From: an uncultured delta proteobacterium
Lineage (GTDB): Bacteria; Desulfobacterota; WTBG01
Length of the DNA stretch: 64,000 nucleotides
Assembly (NCBI GenBank): GCA_963793865.1
Contig: CAWCBP010000001.1
Location: forward strand, 960,001-1,024,000
Direction: 5' to 3'
Shown: piece after piece, positions 31,656-41,679 of the stretch
How the letters are laid out: each line of letters opens with the position of its first letter
How positions within the stretch are numbered: position 1 is the first letter of the stretch
The notes under the pieces: model-generated
Databases searched by the model: none
What the model was told of the DNA's origin: nothing
Seen by the model: the letters and a program-made list of their open reading frames with translations, nothing else
Position numbers and translations under genes: made by a program

Positions 31656-32930
31656 ATGCGATTCTGCCCGAAATGCTCCTTAAAAATTAAAGGAACCATA
31701 ACCCAGTGCCCTATATGCAAGGTAGAACTCTTATCCTGCGCGGAGGATGACGAAATGGATACCAGGCCGCCGGAAAATGAGCAGCAACCCCCTCTGAAGT
31801 CAGATGCTTTCCAGCAAACGCCCGAGAACCCCACGGCATCGCCGGCAGACATTTCCCGGATGAAACCCAGTCCCGTTTCCACTCCTGCCCAGCCGGCAGA
31901 CCACCCCGATCATTCGGCAATAATTAATAGCAAACTGGCAAAGCTTGAAGAACATCTGAAGGGCATCGGGAAGGCGCTCAATCAGCACATGGCAAAAGAA
32001 GAGGTTTTAACACGCTCGCTTGTCGAACTTGAAACAAAAATCAACAAAATTGAAAAGTCATTCCTTGAAACAGCGCAATCAAAGGAATCATCTCAAACGC
32101 CCGCAGTGGCGTCGGCAAAAGATTATGATTACAGCGCATCACCAGGAGGCCAGGCCACTGGCACGAAACCTCAGCGGCAGTCATTCGAAATGGACCATTC
32201 ATCGACTTCCGGGTCGGGCGACCCATCTGATGCATGGGGTTCAGCACGGGACGTTTTTGCCCCTGGTTCAGCTGACAGTGAAGAAAACGCATCTTTTTTC
32301 TCTGCGCCGGCTGACGGCTTTGAGGAATCTCCCGAAAGCGAGGCGATGCTCAGCAATGACCAATTGTACCGCTCCGGCAGTGAACGAAAGAAATCATTCA
32401 TCATTATCATTCCTGTGCTTTGTCTTCTCGCGCTCTGTCTTTTCCTTATTTATTATTACAACAATCTGCAGAAAGATTCGGACCGGCAGCTCACCATCAC
32501 TGAACCGATCAGCCTCTCATCCATACCGGTTGATACCCCTCCGATTCAGCCGGCACCGGCAGGCGATGTGAAGCCTGAACCCAGGCCCGACATAACAGAC
32601 GCCCCGGCGCCCTCTCCGGTAACCATCCCGGCAACAGACATAAAGGAAGATGCTGCGATAAAAACCGGCAGTCAGGACGGCGCGGTTACGCTTCCGGGCG
32701 GGTTTACTGTTTCAGTCGGATCATTCAAGGAGAAAAAGAACGCAATGGATTTAACCGCCCGGCTGTCTAAAAAAGGCTATGCGGCGCAGATGGCTCCGCT
32801 CACGCAAAAGAAGCTTTTCCGTGTGACGGTAGGTGCCTATGCAAAGCGGAGCGATGCCCTGGCAATGGCTTCACAGCTCAATAAAAAGGAAAAATTACAG
32901 ACAATGATCATAGACCTCAACAAGCCTTAA
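31656..32930 (+). CDS. membrane-anchored SPOR-domain protein with N-terminal Zn ribbon
   Basis: CPKC...CPIC at N-terminus, coiled coil, one TM, Pro-rich linker, FTVSVGSFKEKKNA...FRVTVGAY SPOR domain. Confidence 0.82.
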   Translation: MRFCPKCSLKIKGTITQCPICKVELLSCAEDDEMDTRPPENEQQPPLKSDAFQQTPENPTASPADISRMKPSPVSTPAQPADHPDHSAIINSKLAKLEEHLKGIGKALNQHMAKEEVLTRSLVELETKINKIEKSFLETAQSKESSQTPAVASAKDYDYSASPGGQATGTKPQRQSFEMDHSSTSGSGDPSDAWGSARDVFAPGSADSEENASFFSAPADGFEESPESEAMLSNDQLYRSGSERKKSFIIIIPVLCLLALCLFLIYYYNNLQKDSDRQLTITEPISLSSIPVDTPPIQPAPAGDVKPEPRPDITDAPAPSPVTIPATDIKEDAAIKTGSQDGAVTLPGGFTVSVGSFKEKKNAMDLTARLSKKGYAAQMAPLTQKKLFRVTVGAYAKRSDALAMASQLNKKEKLQTMIIDLNKP

Positions 32931-33140
32931 ATCGCCTGTCACCAACCTTCCTGCATCCGGCAGTTTGCTTCTGATTAGTGTAAACATTGCATCAATACAA
33001 GATATGGTGTTTAATATGGAAACCATACATTTTATGGTATTTTTTTCTTTACAAGCGCTTTAGATTCTGCTAAAAAACATTTTATACAGGCTTTTTTATC
33101 AGGCAATCATCAGTCGACTTTTTTACGGTGCTGTACACCA

Positions 33141-36100
33141 ATGAAAATAAAATCAGCAGAAATCACAGGTTTTAAATCTTTTTCTGACAAGGCCAGCCTG
33201 AATTTCCTGCCCGGCATCACTGCTTTGGTCGGCCCTAACGGCTGCGGGAAAAGCAATATTGTTGACGCCTTCCGCTGGGCCATGGGGGAACAGAGCGCAA
33301 AGCAGCTGCGCGGACAGATCATGGAAGATATCATCTTTAACGGCAGCGAAACAAAAAAACCCATGGGCATGGCCGAGGTCTCCATCAGCTTTTCCAATGA
33401 AAACGGTCAGGCCTCTCATCGCTATAGCGCGTATAGTGAAATTACGGTGACCAGGCGCCTGTTCCGGTCGGGCGAGAGCGAATACTACATCAATAAAGTT
33501 CCCTGCAGGCTCAAGGATATCATAGAGCTTTTTCTCGATACCGGGGCAGGTCCAAAGGCCTACTCGATCATAGAACAGGGCAAGGTGGAACATGTCATAA
33601 ACGCCAAGCCCCTCGAACGGCGATTGCTTATTGATGAAGCTGCCGGCATAAGCAAGTACAAAAGCCGGAAAAAAGAGGCCCTTGCCAAGATGGAATCAAC
33701 CAAAAGCAACCTGCTGAGGATCGACGACATTCTGGTTGAAGTGACCCGGCAGCTTAATGCCATCAAGCGGCAGACGTCAAAACTGAAGCGGTATCAGGCC
33801 TTGAAGGCTGAAATACGAACCGTTGAGCTTGCCGTTTCTCATGCGAAGTACCGTGCGCTCAAGGAAAACAATCAATCCCTTCACTCCCTCTGCGAGGAGA
33901 GCAAACGGGAGGAAATCAGGGAAAGCACTGAGCTGAGCGCGCTCGAAGCCGCCCACGAGCAGGACAATCTTGAGCTTCACCAGTCCGAAAAGCTTTTTCA
34001 GGCGCTTCAGGCCGAGCTCTATGAGGTCAACACGGCATGCCAGAAAGAAGAGAGCACTATCGATTACCTTGGAAAAGAACGTGAGTCCGTCACCCTCCGT
34101 CAGCAGCAGCTGTTGAGAAACATGGAGACGCTGAGCCACCGCATAGCAGAACACCAGGCGGAAGAAAAAACCTTACAGGAAAAAAACGCCGATTACTCCC
34201 ATGCGATCGCTGAACGCAACATCATGCTTACGGACAGGGAAAAGCAGCTGCTCGGCTTAAAGGAGGCCCACGCCCTTCTGCGATCCAGCATTGATGCTGA
34301 AAAAAACGATCTCATCGATCTGCTGACCGGGCTTGCCGGCAGGACCAATCATCTTACCCAGCTGGAGAAGAACCACCTGAGCCTGCTTCGCAAAATAGAC
34401 TATTCCAAGGACGAGTCGCGCAGGCTATCCAACGACCTTGTGGCCGTCGAAGACAATCTGGCACAATTGCTTGAAGAGCACAAGCGCTGCCTCCAGCTTG
34501 AAAACGAGCATCTCACTGAAAAAGCGAGCGGGGAAAGCCGGATCGCCTCAATTGCTGACGATCTGTGCCGAACAGAGCTGCTGTATACCGCCGCCAGGGA
34601 AAAATGGGAGAAGCTCAATTCGCGGCTTGACTCGCTTCAGGAACTGCGCGACAAGTTCGAAGAGTGCGAAAACGGAGTTCGTTCCATTATGCTCCGGACC
34701 AGAGGCAGTCAGGACGAGAGCAACGGCATTTGCGGCCTGCTGGCAGACTTCATCCAAACCGATCCGCAATACGAGACGGCGGTCGAGGCGATATTAGGCG
34801 ACAAACTCCACTACATTGTCGTTGAGAGCCATCTCACCGGCATCGAAGCCCTTGACTATATAAAAGTGCAGGCGCTCGGCAAGGCAAGCATTGTTCCCCT
34901 GAACCTTAGAAATCCCGGCCCCGTGCCGTCTCCTTCCCTGAGTGCGGAAACAAAAGCCCTGCCGCTTGGCGATCTGGTGACCACCCGCGATGAATACCGC
35001 GTCATCATCGACCATCTCCTTGCGGACGTGGTCCTGGTCGACTGCCTGGCCACCGCTCTTGCCATCTGGAGCTCTAACGGAAACAACTATACGCTGGTTA
35101 CCCTGGATGGCGAAATCATAGACCCCGCCGGCATCATCACCGGAGGCCGCCACAACGGAACCCCCGCAGCTCTTCTGGGTAAGCGCAGAGAAATAATGGA
35201 ACTGCAGTCCCGGCTTGCCGATCTCACCCCACGCTGCGAGCGGCTCAGGGCCGAAAAAGAGAACCTGAGCAGCCTGCTCTCAAATGCACGGGACAAAAAC
35301 GAACAGCTTAAGGAGCAATCTCACCGCGAGGCCCTTCAGCTTATTGCGCTCAAGCGCGACATTGCCCAGCTCCAGAAGACTAAAGAAGACATCAGGCAGC
35401 GCATTGACATGCTCCGCCAAGAAAAGCAGGAAAGCGAGTCATCGCTTGCCGCTCTGGCTCAGGAATCAGAAATGCTGCAGCATGAAAAGGAGGCCATGCT
35501 TGCTCAAAAAAGCGAAAAAGAGCAACTCCTGCAGCAGCTGCAGCAGCGGGAGCAGGATGGGGCAATGGAGATTGAGAGTATTAATGACCAGATCACCTCG
35601 CTCAAAATTGCCATCGCCTCCGAAACAGAGAAGTGTGACAATACCGTTCATGCCATCCAGCAGGCCCGAAGCAGCCTCTCCCGTCTTTTCCAGGAGCAGC
35701 GCCAGGCGCATGAGCAGCTTGAGGAATTAAAAGTCAAGGAGGCCGGGCTCAACACTGCTCTCATGGAATCACAGTCCGCGGCCGAGGCGCATCTGGCTGT
35801 AAAGTGCGATCGCGAGCAGTCTCTTGAGGTCGCCCGCCGGGATATCGTGCACAAGGAAGGGGTGCTCCGCGCCACGGAACAGCTGCTCAAGGAGGGCAAG
35901 CGCCGTCTTGAAGAGCGACGGGCGGCGGTGCAGGAGCTTAACCTGCGCCTGACCGAAAGCAGCCTCACCGTCAGCCACCTGCTTGCCGATATAGAGGAAA
36001 AGTATCATCTCCGGCTTGAAGAGTTCACGCCTGAACCTGGCGGCGGCGGTGATGAAACACAGTCTGTTGAGCTGCTGCACGACCTCAGGGATAGGATTGA

Positions 36101-36698
36101 GAGGCTGGGAGAGGTTAATCTTGCCGCCGCCCAGGAAGAGGAGGAACTTTCCGGCCGTTTCCAATTCCTGACGGAACAGCGGGAGGACCTGATGAAGTCC
36201 CTGGAATCACTTCAGCAGGCAATCAAAAAGATTAACCGGGCAACCCGCGACCGTTTTCTCGAGGCCTTTAACGGGATCAACGAGCAGTTCAAAAACGTTT
36301 TTTCAGAGCTGTTCCAGGGAGGCAGGGCCGAGCTCAAGCTGACCGATGAAGAAAACATCCTGGAAACCGGCATAGACATTGCTGCACAGCCGCCCGGCAA
36401 AAAGCTTCAGGATCTCGACCTGCTTTCCGGAGGGGAAAAATCGCTGACCGCATTTGCCTTGCTCATTGCCATCTTTCTGGTCAAGCCCAGTCCTTTTTGC
36501 ATTCTCGATGAGGCGGATTCCGCCCTTGACGATACCAACGCCAACCGTTTCAACCGCTACATTCAAAACCTGTGCCATGTCTCGCAGTTTATAATCATCA
36601 CCCACAACAAGCTTACCATGCAGATCGCAAACACGCTGTACGGCATAACCATGCAGGAGCCCGGCACTTCCAAAATTGTCTCTGTACAGCTTCACTGA
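33141..36698 (+). CDS. smc: chromosome segregation protein SMC
   Basis: GFKSF, GPNGCGKSN, hinge, LSGGEK, LDEAD, ITHNK. Confidence 0.97.
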   Translation: MKIKSAEITGFKSFSDKASLNFLPGITALVGPNGCGKSNIVDAFRWAMGEQSAKQLRGQIMEDIIFNGSETKKPMGMAEVSISFSNENGQASHRYSAYSEITVTRRLFRSGESEYYINKVPCRLKDIIELFLDTGAGPKAYSIIEQGKVEHVINAKPLERRLLIDEAAGISKYKSRKKEALAKMESTKSNLLRIDDILVEVTRQLNAIKRQTSKLKRYQALKAEIRTVELAVSHAKYRALKENNQSLHSLCEESKREEIRESTELSALEAAHEQDNLELHQSEKLFQALQAELYEVNTACQKEESTIDYLGKERESVTLRQQQLLRNMETLSHRIAEHQAEEKTLQEKNADYSHAIAERNIMLTDREKQLLGLKEAHALLRSSIDAEKNDLIDLLTGLAGRTNHLTQLEKNHLSLLRKIDYSKDESRRLSNDLVAVEDNLAQLLEEHKRCLQLENEHLTEKASGESRIASIADDLCRTELLYTAAREKWEKLNSRLDSLQELRDKFEECENGVRSIMLRTRGSQDESNGICGLLADFIQTDPQYETAVEAILGDKLHYIVVESHLTGIEALDYIKVQALGKASIVPLNLRNPGPVPSPSLSAETKALPLGDLVTTRDEYRVIIDHLLADVVLVDCLATALAIWSSNGNNYTLVTLDGEIIDPAGIITGGRHNGTPAALLGKRREIMELQSRLADLTPRCERLRAEKENLSSLLSNARDKNEQLKEQSHREALQLIALKRDIAQLQKTKEDIRQRIDMLRQEKQESESSLAALAQESEMLQHEKEAMLAQKSEKEQLLQQLQQREQDGAMEIESINDQITSLKIAIASETEKCDNTVHAIQQARSSLSRLFQEQRQAHEQLEELKVKEAGLNTALMESQSAAEAHLAVKCDREQSLEVARRDIVHKEGVLRATEQLLKEGKRRLEERRAAVQELNLRLTESSLTVSHLLADIEEKYHLRLEEFTPEPGGGGDETQSVELLHDLRDRIERLGEVNLAAAQEEEELSGRFQFLTEQREDLMKSLESLQQAIKKINRATRDRFLEAFNGINEQFKNVFSELFQGGRAELKLTDEENILETGIDIAAQPPGKKLQDLDLLSGGEKSLTAFALLIAIFLVKPSPFCILDEADSALDDTNANRFNRYIQNLCHVSQFIIITHNKLTMQIANTLYGITMQEPGTSKIVSVQLH

Positions 36699-36836
36699 GG
36701 GCTTCCCCGTTCAGCATCTGCTCCTCTCCCCAATCTTGACATTTCACACATATTGACATATAAAGAGCTGCAGCCGGCATGCCGCAGGGGCATGCATACC
36801 TGATGGTCACCACATAACCGGGGAACATCGGCATTC

Positions 36837-37832
36837 ATGAAATTACCATTTTTCAAAAAAACAGCAGATTCAGATGATCAGCAGTCCGATGCCGCCAACG
36901 ATGCCGCACCGGCTGGTTTTCTGTCGAGCCTGAAAAAGGGCCTCACTAAAACACGCAGCATTCTTAACCTGCGCATAGACGAGCTGATCCTGGGAAGGAA
37001 GGAATTCAGCAGCGGCCTTCTGGACGAACTCGAGGAAATACTGATCACCGCCGACATCGGCGTGAACACGGCACAAAAGCTCATTGCTCAGGTGCAGACA
37101 AGGATCGGCAGAGGTGAGGCAGACAAGCCGCAGCTGGTGAAACAGTATCTGAAGGATTCAATTTATTCAATTCTCAGCACCGCTGAAAAGCCCCTTTCCT
37201 TCCCGTCACAAAAACCCCGGGTTGTCATGGTGGTTGGCGTCAACGGCACCGGCAAAACGACCACCATCGCCAAGATGGCCCATTACTACCGGTCGCGGGG
37301 GAATCACGTTCTGCTGGCGGCTGCCGACACCTTCAGGGCGGCCGCCATTGAACAGCTTGAAGTCTGGAGCAGGCGGATCGATTGCGCCTTCGTAAAACAG
37401 AGCCCCGGCTCGGACCCGTCGGCGGTGGTTCACGATGCCATCAATGCGGCGCTCAAAAGAAACAGCCATATGGTCATCATAGACACCGCGGGACGAATGC
37501 ATACCAGGGCCAATTTGATGGAAGAAATAAAAAAAATGCGCCGCGTTGCAGGACGGGCCTGCCCCGGCGCCCCCCATGAAACGCTTCTGGTCATTGATGC
37601 CACCTCCGGCATGAACGCCCTCTCGCAGGCGCGCCTGTTCCAGGAGGCGATCGAGATCACCGGCATTGTCCTTACCAAGCTTGACGGCACTGCGAAGGGA
37701 GGTATCATCGTTTCCATTGCTGACGATTTCGCCATACCCATATCATTTGTCGGCATAGGAGAAGGACTGGATGATCTGAAAGCCTTCAGGGCGCGCGAGT
37801 TTACCGATGCGCTCTTTAATGAGGCGCGATAG
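36837..37832 (+). CDS. ftsY: signal recognition particle receptor FtsY
   Basis: GVNGTGKTTT, DTFRAAA, DTAGR, TKLDGTAKGG. Confidence 0.96.
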   Translation: MKLPFFKKTADSDDQQSDAANDAAPAGFLSSLKKGLTKTRSILNLRIDELILGRKEFSSGLLDELEEILITADIGVNTAQKLIAQVQTRIGRGEADKPQLVKQYLKDSIYSILSTAEKPLSFPSQKPRVVMVVGVNGTGKTTTIAKMAHYYRSRGNHVLLAAADTFRAAAIEQLEVWSRRIDCAFVKQSPGSDPSAVVHDAINAALKRNSHMVIIDTAGRMHTRANLMEEIKKMRRVAGRACPGAPHETLLVIDATSGMNALSQARLFQEAIEITGIVLTKLDGTAKGGIIVSIADDFAIPISFVGIGEGLDDLKAFRAREFTDALFNEAR

Positions 37833-39351
37833 AGTGGAACGGTATCATGAACGGACACGGCTCTGCTGCTTCCTGGGTGCGTTTATCCTGTGCCTGGCAA
37901 GCAACGCGGGTGCAACCTCTCGGCAGGAGGAAGAAATGGGAAAAAAAGGAACAGATGAAGCATCCATTAGACCTCCCGCAGTTGCAGGAACCTTTTACCC
38001 GGCGGATGCTGATGATTTGACAGCGCAGATCCGCCGATTCCTGCAGGCAGTCCCGTCCCGACCGCTTCCCGGCAGCATTAAGGCCCTCATTGCGCCTCAC
38101 GCGGGATATGTCTATTCGGGTCAGGTTGCCGCCCACGCCTACAAGCTGCTTGAGGGGATGCGCTTTGACACCGTCATTGTCATTGCCCCCAGCCACCGCC
38201 ATTCATTCCGCGGCGCATCCGTCTATCCCCGCGGCGCCTATGAGATTCCCCTCGGCCTCATACCGGTCGATCATGCCCTCGCGGACCGGCTCATCAGGGA
38301 TTGCCGTCTTATCACCGCCATTCCCGAGGCTCACGCACGGGAGCACTCATTGGAAGTGCAGCTCCCTTTTTTAAAAACGGTGCTCCCTGATTTCACCCTG
38401 CTTCCCCTGGTGATGGGCTCATGCGATTTTGCCGACTGCGAGGCAATCGCATCGGCGCTGTACAGGGCTGTAAAAGATAAGCGCGTACTCATTGTGGCAA
38501 GCTCGGACCTTTCACACTACCATCCCTATCAGGACGCGGTCGCGCTTGATCAAAAAGTCATCAGCCACGTAACACGCTTCGACGCCCACGGACTCTACCA
38601 GGCTTTCACCGCGGATACCTGCGAGGCATGCGGCGCCCTGCCCATCATCACCGCCATGCTGTGCGCCCGAATGCTCGGTGCCACAAAGGCGGAGCGGCTG
38701 TTCTATGCCAATTCCGGGGATGTCAGCGGTGATAAAAGCGCCGTGGTGGGATATTTTTCCGCCGCCCTGTACGCCGCATCGGGCACGACCCACAACCGCG
38801 CCGCGGGAATTGACCTTGGGCTTACTGACAAGGAAAAAGAGGCGCTGCACACCATTGCCAGAACGGCCATAGAATCAAGCTGCAGGGGAAAAGGACTGCC
38901 GGAACCACCTCCTCTCACCGAAAGGCTGCGGGAAAAACGCGGGGCATTCGTTACCCTGCACAAGGGGGGTAATCTCCGGGGCTGCATCGGCTACATTCGC
39001 GCACAGAAGCCTTTGTTTCAAGCCATACGGGAAATGGCCCTCGCCGCGGCTTTTCAGGACAGCCGGTTCAGACCGGTTACCGGTGATGAGCTTAAGGATC
39101 TTTCCATTGAAATTTCGGTTTTGACGCCCTTAAAAAAAATTTCCCGGCTCGATGAAATAGTGGTGGGAACTCACGGCATTTACATTGTCAAGGATTATCA
39201 TTCGGGCCTGCTCCTGCCGCAGGTAGCAACCGAAAACAAATGGGACAGGGAAACATTCATCCGCCACACCTGCACCAAGGCCGGACTGCCGGAGAACGCA
39301 TGGCAGGAGAGCGATGCTGAAATCTATATCTTCTCAGCGGATATTTTTTAG
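37807..39351 (+). CDS. AmmeMemoRadiSam system protein B (MEMO1-like) fused to protein A (AMMECR1-like)
   Basis: RPPAVAGTFYP, PHAGYVYSG, EHSLEVQLPFL, SSDLSHY, then GAFVTL...LRGCIG, LLPQVA; start uncertain. Confidence 0.92.
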   Translation: MRSLMRRDRVERYHERTRLCCFLGAFILCLASNAGATSRQEEEMGKKGTDEASIRPPAVAGTFYPADADDLTAQIRRFLQAVPSRPLPGSIKALIAPHAGYVYSGQVAAHAYKLLEGMRFDTVIVIAPSHRHSFRGASVYPRGAYEIPLGLIPVDHALADRLIRDCRLITAIPEAHAREHSLEVQLPFLKTVLPDFTLLPLVMGSCDFADCEAIASALYRAVKDKRVLIVASSDLSHYHPYQDAVALDQKVISHVTRFDAHGLYQAFTADTCEACGALPIITAMLCARMLGATKAERLFYANSGDVSGDKSAVVGYFSAALYAASGTTHNRAAGIDLGLTDKEKEALHTIARTAIESSCRGKGLPEPPPLTERLREKRGAFVTLHKGGNLRGCIGYIRAQKPLFQAIREMALAAAFQDSRFRPVTGDELKDLSIEISVLTPLKKISRLDEIVVGTHGIYIVKDYHSGLLLPQVATENKWDRETFIRHTCTKAGLPENAWQESDAEIYIFSADIF

Positions 39352-39393
39352 CATCATGAGCCCGTTATCCCCAACACGTCATCGCAGATTGCG

Positions 39394-41679
39394 GTGCGTC
39401 CTTCATCTCTCTCATTATCATCAGGTTCCGGTCGCATGATGCTGCGCAGGCTGCTGCTTTTATCAGCTCCATTCATACTAACCGCAGGATGTCAGAATCC
39501 GCTTAACAGCCCATACCGCCAGGCGGAGGGCACAGAGCGCTTTTATTATGCAACCTTTTACGAGCAGCCGAAAACGCTGGATCCCGCCAGGTCCTACAGC
39601 GCTGATGAATACCGAATCATCTGCCAGATTTATGAGCCGCCGCTTCAATACAACTATCTCATGCGCCCCTACCGACTGGAACCGCTTACCGCCGACGGCA
39701 TGCCCCGGCCCCGATCCTATGAAAGCACCGGCAGTCCGACGAACCTTCCGCAGTGTGCATCGGGATGCGTCTGTTATGACATACGCATAAAAAAAGGTAT
39801 ATCCTACCAGCCCCACCCCTGCTTTGCCAGGGATGATCTGGGCCGCTTTCTGTACCACCGGCTCTCCCCTGAGGCCGCTGCTGAAATTCATGCCATAACC
39901 GACTTTTCCAGGACAGGATCCCGGGAGCTGAAAGCGGCTGACTACATATACCAGATTTACCGCCTGGCCGATCCGCGCAACAACTCTCCCATCGCTCCGA
40001 TCATGTCAAAATACATTCTCGGCTTTGCCGAACTCACGCAATCTCTGGCTTCGGCACTCGACCGGGAACGGTCCGCGAGAAGGAGCCGGGCGGGAACAAC
40101 CTATAATCAGCAGGCCGATGAGCAGGAACATCCCATCCGGCTGGACTACGGCAGCTTTTCATTGCCCGGCGCCGTCCTGAAGGATGATTACGCATTTCAG
40201 CTCCTTCTGAAAGTAAAATACCCCCAGATCCTTTATTGGCTGGCCATGCCTTTTTTTTGCCCCATCCCCTGGGAGGCCGAGCAGTTTTACAGCCAGGGGG
40301 CCTTGATACGGAAAAACATCACCCTGCAGTCATACCCGGTTGGGACCGGACCCTTCAGGATGGACACCTTTGATCCCAACCTGGAGATTGTTTTAAGGAA
40401 AAATGAAGCATATCACCCCGACGCCTATCCCGTGAGCGGTGAAGCGGACGACGGCGCCGCAGGATACCTTGATGACGCTTCAAAGCCGCTCCCCTTCCTT
40501 GACAGGATTGTCTTCAAGCTTGAAAGGGAGTCAATACCCCGCTGGAACAAGTTTCTGCAAGGATACTATGATTCATCGGGCATTGCCTCCGACAGCTTCG
40601 ACCAGGCCGTCACCTTTTCCCCGGAGGGGGTGATTGACCTTACCGAACGGTTTAAGGACAGGAAGATCCTGCTCCTGTCCTCCATCATGCCCACCACCTA
40701 CTATTTTGCCTTCAACATGGACGATCCCCTCGTCGGCGGCTATGCGCCACACAAGCAGAAGCTGCGGCAGGCCATATCCATCGCCATCGACATGGAGGAG
40801 CAGATTGAGCTCTTCGCTAATGGAAGGGGTGTGCCCGCCCACGGCCCCATTCCGCCCGGCATCTTCGGCTACGAGGAAAGCTCATCCTCCTTCAACCCCT
40901 ACGTCTACCGCATGAATGGCGGGAGTTCCCGGCCGGAACGCAAAATCATTTCCGAGGCGCAGAAACTGCTTGCGGAGGCCGGTTACCCGAACGGGCTGGA
41001 CCCTGCCACCGGGAAACCGCTCATCATCGGCTTTGACAACGCCTGGACCGGCCCTGAATCCCAGGCTCAGCTCAAATGGTTTCAAAAGCAGTTTCAAAAG
41101 CTGGGTCTCGTGCTTGAGAGCAGGACAACCGACTACAACCGTTTTCAGGAAAAAATCCTGGGCGGCAACTTCCAGTTCTTCTCCTGGGGCTGGCATGCCG
41201 ATTATCCCGACCCCGAAAATTTCCTTTTTCTCCTGTACGGGCCGAACGGCAAGATTCGCTACGGCGGAGAGAACGCGGCAAATTATGACAACCCGGAATT
41301 CAACCGGCTTTTTAAAATCATGGAAACCATGGATAACACCCCCGAACGCGCCGCCCTTATAGGGCAGCTGCTGGAGATCGCCCGCCGCGACGCGCCCTGG
41401 GTGTGGGGATATCATCCCCAGGAATTGAGCCTGTACCATCAGTGGGTTTATAACGCCAAACCCCATGCCATAGCCCAAAACATTTTCAAGTATATACGCA
41501 TTGACCCGAAGCTGAGAAACGGCAATAGAATTGAGTGGAACCGTCCGAGGCTCCGGCCGCTTGCGGCGTTCTTTGTTTTCCTGTCAGCTCTCTTCATACC
41601 GGCTTTTATTAAAAAATTGAAAAAGAACCGGATGACCCGGAGCAGCGCGTTAAAAACCGATACCGGGAGACTTGCATGA
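39394..41679 (+). CDS. ABC transporter substrate-binding protein (family 5, peptide/nickel)
   Basis: Lipobox LTAGC, KTLDPA, PVGTGPF, KLRQAISIAID, GWHADYPDPENF; C-terminal TM. Confidence 0.9.
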   Translation: MRPSSLSLSSGSGRMMLRRLLLLSAPFILTAGCQNPLNSPYRQAEGTERFYYATFYEQPKTLDPARSYSADEYRIICQIYEPPLQYNYLMRPYRLEPLTADGMPRPRSYESTGSPTNLPQCASGCVCYDIRIKKGISYQPHPCFARDDLGRFLYHRLSPEAAAEIHAITDFSRTGSRELKAADYIYQIYRLADPRNNSPIAPIMSKYILGFAELTQSLASALDRERSARRSRAGTTYNQQADEQEHPIRLDYGSFSLPGAVLKDDYAFQLLLKVKYPQILYWLAMPFFCPIPWEAEQFYSQGALIRKNITLQSYPVGTGPFRMDTFDPNLEIVLRKNEAYHPDAYPVSGEADDGAAGYLDDASKPLPFLDRIVFKLERESIPRWNKFLQGYYDSSGIASDSFDQAVTFSPEGVIDLTERFKDRKILLLSSIMPTTYYFAFNMDDPLVGGYAPHKQKLRQAISIAIDMEEQIELFANGRGVPAHGPIPPGIFGYEESSSSFNPYVYRMNGGSSRPERKIISEAQKLLAEAGYPNGLDPATGKPLIIGFDNAWTGPESQAQLKWFQKQFQKLGLVLESRTTDYNRFQEKILGGNFQFFSWGWHADYPDPENFLFLLYGPNGKIRYGGENAANYDNPEFNRLFKIMETMDNTPERAALIGQLLEIARRDAPWVWGYHPQELSLYHQWVYNAKPHAIAQNIFKYIRIDPKLRNGNRIEWNRPRLRPLAAFFVFLSALFIPAFIKKLKKNRMTRSSALKTDTGRLA

